A stretch of 32,000 nucleotides of DNA from Candidatus Calditenuis sp. (GTDB lineage: Archaea; Thermoproteota; Nitrososphaeria_A; Caldarchaeales; Calditenuaceae), in the NCBI GenBank assembly GCA_032249575.1, contig JAVVHL010000002.1:7318-39317 (forward strand), written 5' to 3'. Both the position numbers and the translations under genes were made by a program. The notes under the pieces are model-generated. The model had not been told where the DNA came from. It saw nothing but the letters and a program-made list of their open reading frames with translations, and did not search any database. This document shows positions 7,628-13,662 of this stretch, piece after piece; position 1 is the first letter of the stretch; each line of letters begins with the position of its first letter.

Positions 7628-9001
7628 TCAGGCCGACCGCCGCTCGAAGGTCGTTCGCCGCTCGCTTCCTAGGACGATGATGACGGTTATGTCGCCGACG
7701 TTCGTCCCTGTAGGGCCCGTGTAGATCAGGCCTCCGACCCTTTTGAAAAACGTATGAGAGTCGTTGTTCTCGAGGTACTCTTCCGGGTTCAGGCCCTTCT
7801 CGGCTGCACGTCGGAGCGTATCATCGGTCACCACGGCTCCTGCGGCATCGGTCGGCCCGTCGATCCCGTCCGTCCCCATCGACGCGGCCACGAACCCTTC
7901 CACATCCCTGAGGTTTACAGCTAGAGCAAGGGCGAGCTCCTGGTTTCTGCCTCCCACACCGCTGCCCCTGACGGTTACGACCGTCTCCCCACCTGCCACG
8001 ACGGCTGCAGGAGGTCTGAGTGGAATTCCGGACCTTCTGATGTCCTTGGCGATGGCCGACAGCAAACGGGCCGCTTCACGGGCCTCGCCTGAGAGCATGC
8101 TCGTCAACGGGAGGGTTTTGATGCCTCTTCTGCTGAATGCCGATGCGGCTGCTTTGACGGCGTCCAGGTTGCTGCCCACCACCACGTTGCGGACCTTGCT
8201 GAAGCACTGGTCTCCGGGCTTCGGCGTCTCCGGGTAGGCGCCTCGCGCGCCGGCCTCCAAATGCCTTAAAACCCTCTCAGGCACGTCGGCTCTCCTCCTC
8301 GCTATCACCTTGAGCGCGTCGGCGTACGTCGTGGGATCCGGTGCGGTGGGACCTGATCCTATCACATCTATCCTGTCGCCGACCACGTCGGAGAGTATGA
8401 GGGCATAGGTTCTGCACCTGAGTTCTTTCGCGAGCCAGCCGCCCTTGATGGCGCTGAGGTGCTTGCGGACCGTGTTGAGCTCCTCTATCGAGGCTCCAGC
8501 CCTCATCAAGGCCTCTGAGGCCGCAGCCACTTCCTCCACTGTCAAATCGCCGGCGGGAACGACGCAGAGCGACGACGCACCACCGGAGAGGAGGACGAAC
8601 GCCAGTGACCTCTCGCCGCAGCTTCGAGCGTACTCGAGGACCTTCTGTCCCGCCGTCAGGCTTGACGAGTCGGGTTTGGGGTGCGATGCGTGGATCGTTT
8701 CGAGGGGCTGGAGGCTTCCGGGCGGTTCGTAGCCTCGGGGCAACACTACAACTCCCCTGACTGGCCTCCCCTCAAGGAGTTTGAGCATCTTGGCCGCCAT
8801 GGAGTACGATGCCTTCCCCACCGCGAGGACGACGAATTCGTCGAACTTGTCGAGCTTTAGCACTTCACCGTCTACGAAGAGCCTTCTCCCAACCCTCTTG
8901 ACGTGACGGCCCAGCAGACGGCCCGGCTCAACTGCCTCGAGGACGCGGTCCAACGTGTAAACCAAGTCGCCTACGTCCTCCAGCCCCTCGACCCTGATCA
9001 T
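7628..9001 (-). CDS. Glycerate 2-kinase (DUF4147 + MOFRL family, TtuD-like)
   Basis: 457-aa ORF with ATG at 9001. It carries 'VVLAVGKASYSMA' and the C-terminal 'GGETVVTVRGSGVGGRNQELALALA' signature of MOFRL-type glycerate kinases. Confidence 0.85.
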   Translation of the reverse strand: MIRVEGLEDVGDLVYTLDRVLEAVEPGRLLGRHVKRVGRRLFVDGEVLKLDKFDEFVVLAVGKASYSMAAKMLKLLEGRPVRGVVVLPRGYEPPGSLQPLETIHASHPKPDSSSLTAGQKVLEYARSCGERSLAFVLLSGGASSLCVVPAGDLTVEEVAAASEALMRAGASIEELNTVRKHLSAIKGGWLAKELRCRTYALILSDVVGDRIDVIGSGPTAPDPTTYADALKVIARRRADVPERVLRHLEAGARGAYPETPKPGDQCFSKVRNVVVGSNLDAVKAAASAFSRRGIKTLPLTSMLSGEAREAARLLSAIAKDIRRSGIPLRPPAAVVAGGETVVTVRGSGVGGRNQELALALAVNLRDVEGFVAASMGTDGIDGPTDAAGAVVTDDTLRRAAEKGLNPEEYLENNDSHTFFKRVGGLIYTGPTGTNVGDITVIIVLGSERRTTFERRSA

Positions 9002-9023
9002 CCACAGATAGGGAGGGCTGCTG

Positions 9024-9032
9024 GCTTTTTTG
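9024..9032 (-). promoter_or_regulatory. TATA-like A6 tract (minus-strand reading CCAAAAAAGCC) for the glycerate kinase gene
   Basis: It is centred about 27 nt upstream of ATG 9001, which is consistent with a leaderless transcript. Confidence 0.35.
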
Positions 9033-9155
9033 GAGTTGTTTTGGCGAGTGCGGTCGATTCGTTAGTGGCTCGAGGAAGCACACCGGTGACGGAGTAGCGT
9101 GACACAGCTGTCGAGTACCGATTGGAAAAGCGGCGTGCGGTGTGGCAGGTCGAGG

Positions 9156-9167
9156 GTGACCTTATTA
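9156..9167 (+). promoter_or_regulatory. BRE/TATA-like box GTGACCTTATTA for the site-2 protease gene
   Basis: It is centred about 30 nt upstream of ATG 9195 and supports that ATG over GTG 9099 as the start. Confidence 0.35.
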
Positions 9168-9194
9168 CCAGCAGGGACCGCAAGACGACGGAGG

Positions 9195-10451
9195 ATGAGG
9201 TTAGGCGAGAACGTGGAGTTGCGGTTTCCTCTGATCATCATCAGGACCAAAAGGGCTTCTGCGGTCTTCGAGGTCCTTGGGAGGAGCAGATTCGCCGGGG
9301 CCTTCGGTTTAGCCTCGGCGATCGCGCTCCCCGTGCTGGCCGGGGTGGCCACGTACTTCCTGTTGACATCGCTGACGCTGATGCTGACGAGGCCCGAGGT
9401 CCAGCAGGTCCAGAGGGAGCTAGGCCCCGCGTCCTACGTCCTGCTCCCAGGGCTGAACCCGTACCTCCCTCTGCTTTACGGATGGCTGGGGATAGTCGTC
9501 GCCCTGATCGTCCACGAGGGGGCCCACGGCGTGGTGGCGAGGCGCTACAACTACACCGTCAGGTCCAGCGGCATCGTCCTCTTCCTCGGCATCCCGATAG
9601 GCGCCTTCGTCGAGACGGACGAGAACGAGATCAAGACCGGGAGGTTCTCCGAGGTCGTCAAGATCCTCTCCTCGGGACCTGCCAGCAACGCGGCGGTCGC
9701 AGTCCTCGCACTCGTCGGCGTCCTAATGGTGACGTCGGGTCTCGTGCCCTCGATCCCGTTGGTAGTCGATCGCGTCGTGGAGGGTTATCCGGCTGCGGCG
9801 GCAGGGATCGAGCCGGGCGACAGGATCGTATCGGTGAACGGCTCGCCCGTCCACTCGCTCCAAGACCTCCGGTCGTCCTTCTCGGCGGCCGGTATCGGTG
9901 GCACGGTCACGGTCGGTGTGGAGAGGGGAGGAAAGGTGCTGGAGTTCCACGTTAAGCTCGCCGACATAGGCAACGGAACTCCGGGGCTGGGCGTGATGTT
10001 GAGGGACGCGGACCTGCTGGCGTTCGCCTCGAACACCCTGCAGCACTTCAAATCGATCGCCTACTCGAGACCGGTGGCCCTTCTGCTGCCCCCGACCCTG
10101 GACTTCATCCTGTATCCCTTCTCGGACCGGGAGATCTGCGTCGTGAGGGAGCAGGGCGAGGTCTGCAGGAGCGTCAGCTCGCTCTACACGCACCCCATGC
10201 TCGGAGACTCTTACAGGATCGTTTCTTCCCTTCTCTACTGGATCTGGTTCGTCAACTTCAACGTGGCCATCTTCAACGCGCTGCCCATTTACCCGTTGGA
10301 CGGCGGACAGGCCTTGAGGAAGCTGTTGACGGCCTTCGTCAAAGGAGCGGAGGGACAGAGGATAGCATCGGCGATCACGACGGGTGTCACGCTCTTCTTC
10401 GTCTCCGTCATCATCTCGATCATCCTCCTGCCTTACCTGAGCCTGAGATGA
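9195..10451 (+). CDS. Site-2 protease family (peptidase M50) intramembrane metalloprotease with a PDZ domain
   Basis: It has the HExxH motif 'VHEGAHGV' in a TM helix and the PDZ-like segment 'GYPAAAAGIEPGDRIVSVNGSPVHSLQDL'. The third zinc-ligand motif 'FNALPIYPLDGGQ' is present, along with multiple TM segments. The ORF is open from GTG 9099, but I prefer ATG 9195 ('MRLGENVELRFPLIIIRTKR...', 418 aa). Confidence 0.85.
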   Translation: MRLGENVELRFPLIIIRTKRASAVFEVLGRSRFAGAFGLASAIALPVLAGVATYFLLTSLTLMLTRPEVQQVQRELGPASYVLLPGLNPYLPLLYGWLGIVVALIVHEGAHGVVARRYNYTVRSSGIVLFLGIPIGAFVETDENEIKTGRFSEVVKILSSGPASNAAVAVLALVGVLMVTSGLVPSIPLVVDRVVEGYPAAAAGIEPGDRIVSVNGSPVHSLQDLRSSFSAAGIGGTVTVGVERGGKVLEFHVKLADIGNGTPGLGVMLRDADLLAFASNTLQHFKSIAYSRPVALLLPPTLDFILYPFSDREICVVREQGEVCRSVSSLYTHPMLGDSYRIVSSLLYWIWFVNFNVAIFNALPIYPLDGGQALRKLLTAFVKGAEGQRIASAITTGVTLFFVSVIISIILLPYLSLR

Positions 10452-10461
10452 GTTAAGGCCC

Positions 10462-11187
10462 ATGGGCCTCGTGGTCCTGAGGGCCACCAACCTGAGGGGC
10501 GCACGGACCGCCGCCTTCAGGATTGCCCTCCTCCAGCCGTCTGTGCTCTTCCTAGAGCTGCCCGAGTCCGCGGAGGGGCCCGTGAACGAGTTCCTGATGT
10601 ACGGTGACAGAGAGATATTAGACTCGCATCCGTCGGAACTGGTGAGGGTCTCAACAAGACCACACATCAGGTTCCTCTCGGAGCTGAGGGAACACGGGTA
10701 CAGGGGCGAGGTGAGGTGCGTTGTGGACGACGGTGCCCTGGAGCGGGAGATGGAGGTCGCTTCCGAGGCCTCAAGGCTGACGCTCAGGTACATGCTGACG
10801 GGAAGGGTGGAGCTGGAACGGTGGAGGGGCCTTCTGAGGAGGGCCGTGGACGTAGAGCCGGGCGATACGGTGATGCGTTTGCTCGAAGCCGTAGCAGATG
10901 TTGGGGAGCCGTGGGCGGCCGTGCTCGAAGTCTGGCGGATGAGGAGCCTGAGGCCCCTAAAGGAGGCCGGTGTGGCGGAGTTGGTCGTCTGCGGCCTTCC
11001 GGCGTGCCGCTCCCCGCTCGACGAGATGGTCTTGCTCGAGAGGCTCCGAAAGCTCACCGACGAGAGGTTGAGGGCGCTGGTCGAGGAGCACGCGGAGTTC
11101 GTCAGGACAGTCCAGGTCTCGCCGGACCTCGAGACGGCCTACGAGGTCTGGACCGAGAGGTGCCTCGGCAGGTGGTTCGGGCTTTGA
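10462..11187 (+). CDS. Hypothetical protein (241 aa), co-oriented 10 nt downstream of the S2P protease
   Basis: It starts at ATG 10462 and uses GC3-rich gag/ctg/agg-biased codons like the confirmed genes. No TM segment is evident and I recognise no family. Confidence 0.6.
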   Translation: MGLVVLRATNLRGARTAAFRIALLQPSVLFLELPESAEGPVNEFLMYGDREILDSHPSELVRVSTRPHIRFLSELREHGYRGEVRCVVDDGALEREMEVASEASRLTLRYMLTGRVELERWRGLLRRAVDVEPGDTVMRLLEAVADVGEPWAAVLEVWRMRSLRPLKEAGVAELVVCGLPACRSPLDEMVLLERLRKLTDERLRALVEEHAEFVRTVQVSPDLETAYEVWTERCLGRWFGL

Positions 11188-11190
11188 GCC

Positions 11191-11415
11191 TCATCGGTCT
11201 ATCCCGAGAGTCTTCCTCAACCTCTTCAGGCGCTCGAGGTGCTGGGCCACCACATCCTCCCTCCCGACAGGCAAGCTGAGGCCGTGCATCCTCAGCACCT
11301 CCTCCTTAACCTCCACCCACTCCCTCGCCAGCTCCTCCAGCTCCTCCTCCCTCAGCCCCGGCTCGAGCATCCTGGCCGATATCCTCCTGAACCTCTCCTG
11401 CGGGTCCTCGCTCAT
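11191..11415 (-). CDS. Hypothetical small helical protein (74 aa), stop/start-coupled to aspS
   Basis: Its ATG at 11415-11413 overlaps the aspS TGA at 11414-11412 as ATGA. It is rich in charged heptad-like sequence ('EELEELAREWVEVKEEVLR'). Codon usage is consistent with coding. Confidence 0.5.
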   Translation of the reverse strand: MSEDPQERFRRISARMLEPGLREEELEELAREWVEVKEEVLRMHGLSLPVGREDVVAQHLERLKRLRKTLGIDR

Positions 11416-12740
11416 GGCAGGAGCCTCTCGGGCGCCCTCGGGAACAGCGCGGCCTCTCTGATGTTCTCGAGGCCGAGGAGGGCCATCGTCAGGCGCTCGA
11501 TGCCGATGTTGAAGCCTCCGTGGGGTGGCGCGCCGTACCTGAAGAACTCGGTGAACCAGCTGACGCTCTCGAGGCTCATGCCCTTCAGCCTGACCTGCTC
11601 GACGATCTTCTCGTACCTGTGCTCCCTCTGCCCTCCGGAGCTCAGCTCAAGCCCCCTGTAGATCAGGTCGACGCTCCTGGCCCAGAACGGGTCCTCGTCG
11701 ACGCGCATCACGTAGAAGGGCTTGACGTCGAAGGGGAACCTGTTGACGAAGAAGGCCTCGGCCCCGTACTTCTCCCTCACGTACTCGGCCAGCATCCGCT
11801 CGGCCTGTCGGTCGAGGTCCTCACCGTAAGGTATCTCCTTGCCCATCTCGGCCAGTATCCTGTAGATCTCGGGGAACCTGAGTTCCGGGAAAGGCCTCTT
11901 GGGGAGATCCACCTCAACCCCCAGCAGCTCCAGCTCCTTCGCGTTCTCCTCGAGGACCCTCTTGATGCCCGCTACCAGAAGTTCCTCCTCCAGCCTCATC
12001 ACGTCCTGCTCGTCGGAGATGTAAGAGAACTCGACGGCACATCCCCTGTGCTCGCAAAGGTGCCTCGGCGTGTGGCTCGGCTCAGCCCTCCAGCTCGGCC
12101 CCAGGTCGTAGATCCTCTCGAAGCCAGCGACCATCAGGAGCTGCCTGTGGAGCTGCGGGTCCTGCCTGAGGTAGGCCTTTCTGCCGAAGTAGTCTATCTC
12201 GAACATCTCGGCCCCGCTCTCTGACGGAGCGCCTATGATGCAGGGCGTGAAGACCTGGACGAACCCTCGGGAATCGAGGTACTCGGTCATCCCCTTCACC
12301 AGCGAGTGCTGTATCCTGAAGATCGCGAAGTTCCTCGGGCTCCTCAGGTCGATGGGCCTGTAGTCCAACCTCGTATCCAGCTGCGTCTGGACGGTTCCGG
12401 TCACGTCTATCGGGAGCCTCTCCGCCCTAGAGAGGACCTCTATCGAGCTCGGTATCAGCTCCATTCCCACCTTAGCTCCCCTCTTCTCCGGGACCCTTCC
12501 TGTTGCGGCGATGACGTCATGGGTGTTCAGCGACCTCGCCAGCCGTATGAGGGACTCGTCGACCTGACCGCTCTTCAGCGTGAGCTGCGCTATGCCCGAC
12601 CTGTCCCTGACCCAGACGAAGACTACCCTTCCGACCTCCTTGACGTTCTCTACGAAGCCTGCTATCCTGACCTCGACTCCGGGCTCTTCCGGTATCTCGG
12701 CTATCTCGTGGGTCCTGAGCAACCCTCCCACCTTGATCAA
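11412..12740 (-). CDS. aspS: Aspartyl-tRNA synthetase, archaeal/eukaryal type
   Basis: It has an N-terminal OB fold ('VRIAGFVENVKEVGRVVFVWVRDRSG'). Class II motif 2 is 'GPSWRAEPSHTPRHLCE' and motif 3 is 'PPHGGFNIGIERL'. It ends 'LFPRAPERLLP', like archaeal AspRS. The start is uncertain among TTG 12740, GTG 12731 and TTG 12722. Confidence 0.95.
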   Translation of the reverse strand: MIKVGGLLRTHEIAEIPEEPGVEVRIAGFVENVKEVGRVVFVWVRDRSGIAQLTLKSGQVDESLIRLARSLNTHDVIAATGRVPEKRGAKVGMELIPSSIEVLSRAERLPIDVTGTVQTQLDTRLDYRPIDLRSPRNFAIFRIQHSLVKGMTEYLDSRGFVQVFTPCIIGAPSESGAEMFEIDYFGRKAYLRQDPQLHRQLLMVAGFERIYDLGPSWRAEPSHTPRHLCEHRGCAVEFSYISDEQDVMRLEEELLVAGIKRVLEENAKELELLGVEVDLPKRPFPELRFPEIYRILAEMGKEIPYGEDLDRQAERMLAEYVREKYGAEAFFVNRFPFDVKPFYVMRVDEDPFWARSVDLIYRGLELSSGGQREHRYEKIVEQVRLKGMSLESVSWFTEFFRYGAPPHGGFNIGIERLTMALLGLENIREAALFPRAPERLLP

Positions 12741-12794
12741 AGACCTGCGGTTACATCAAAAATCTTGTCGCGGAGAGGCGGCGTACCGGAGAGG

Positions 12795-13613
12795 TTATCT
12801 GGCGGCCTGACCACCGACGACCTGGCCGAGCTCTTGGGCGGCCTCCTTCGGCGTCCAGCCCTCGTGGACGATCCTCCGCAGGGCCCTTATCATGCCGACG
12901 GGGTTCGACGACTGGAAGACGTTCCGGCCGAAGTCCACTCCAGCCGCACCAGCAGAGACCGCGTCGTAGGCCAGCTGAAGGGCGTCCAACTCCGACTCGA
13001 GTTTCGGACCTCCCGCGATCACCAAGGGCACCGGAGCCGCGTCGACCACCTTCTCGAACTCGGGCGTGTAGTAGGTCTTGATGAAGTGGGCTCCGAGCTC
13101 CGCAGCAACCCTGCACGCGAGGGCTATGTACCTCGTCTCCCTCTTCTCGAGCTCCCTGCCGACCGCTGTCACAGCGAGTATCGGTATCCCGTAATCTTCG
13201 CCTAGGTCGACGAGCTTCGCAAGGGCCTTCAGCGTCTGGTGCTCGTACTGTGTCCCGACGTAGATGGAGAAGGCGAGGGCAGCCGCGTTCAGCCTTATCG
13301 CGTCCCTGACCGAGGTCACTATGTCCTCGTTCCCTAGCGCAGGTCCTGCTATCGTGTTGCCGCCGGAGACCCTCAGAACTATCGCCACGTCCACCGTCGG
13401 GTCCACCGAGGTCCTCAGCACACCCCTGGTCAGCATCAGCGCGTCGGCGTAGGGCAGCAGGGGCGTTATCGTCCTCCTCGGGTTCTCAAGTCCCTTTATA
13501 GGCCCGAGGAAGTAGCCGTGGTCGACGGCCAGCATGACGGTCCTTTTGGTCTTCGGCTTGATGATCCGGGCGAGCCTGTTCTGGAGACCCCAGCTCACAC
13601 CTCCAGAGGTCAT
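12795..13613 (-). CDS. Class I aldolase of the DhnA/FbaB/LsrF family (LsrF-like subtype by motif)
   Basis: It carries 'TVMLAVDHGYFLGP' and 'YVGTQYEHQT', the Schiff-base Lys context 'HFIKTYY', and 'VPLVIAGGPK' and 'GVDFGRNVFQS'. The ORF is open to 13742, but I prefer ATG 13613, or possibly GTG 13598. The upstream 43 codons are S/T-rich and overlap the ligase gene. Confidence 0.85.
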   Translation of the reverse strand: MTSGGVSWGLQNRLARIIKPKTKRTVMLAVDHGYFLGPIKGLENPRRTITPLLPYADALMLTRGVLRTSVDPTVDVAIVLRVSGGNTIAGPALGNEDIVTSVRDAIRLNAAALAFSIYVGTQYEHQTLKALAKLVDLGEDYGIPILAVTAVGRELEKRETRYIALACRVAAELGAHFIKTYYTPEFEKVVDAAPVPLVIAGGPKLESELDALQLAYDAVSAGAAGVDFGRNVFQSSNPVGMIRALRRIVHEGWTPKEAAQELGQVVGGQAAR

Positions 13614-13617
13614 GCCC

Positions 13618-13635
13618 CCGTGAAAAACGTTTAGC
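13618..13635. promoter_or_regulatory. Shared A/T-rich promoter element CCGTGAAAAACGTTTAGC in the 49-nt divergent aldolase/ligase spacer
   Basis: It is the only A/T block in the spacer. On the plus side, CCGTGAAA plus the A/T box lies 28-40 nt upstream of the ligase GTG 13663. On the minus side it reads GCAGCTAAACGTTTTTC, immediately upstream of the aldolase start region. Confidence 0.4.
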
Positions 13636-13662
13636 TGCAGGGTCGGGAGGCTCTGGGAGGGA

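Noticed and set aside
9102-9109. An 8-bp palindrome ACAGCTGT in the glycerate kinase / S2P divergent spacer, considered as a possible operator.
   Set aside because: It is too short to distinguish from chance in a 193-nt spacer, and it is not positioned next to either TATA-like box.
9099-9194. GTG 9099 as the start of the S2P protease (450 aa).
   Set aside because: - The added 32 residues ('MTQLSSTDWKSGVRCGRSRVTLLPAGTARRRR') show no family resemblance.
- A TATA-like box at 9156-9167 would then lie inside the gene.
- ATG 9195 fits a leaderless start. This is not excluded, only less likely.
9723-11057. A 444-aa minus-strand ORF spanning the 3' half of the S2P protease gene, the 10-nt spacer and most of the 241-aa orphan. 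This raised the question of which strand codes at 10462-11187.
   Set aside because: - The translation is rich in S, T, P and R ('SSKTISSSGERHAGRPQTTNSATPASF...').
- It overlaps the clearly genuine protease for ~730 nt.
- The plus-strand ORF at 10462-11187 has the gag/ctg/agg GC3-biased codon usage of the confirmed genes.
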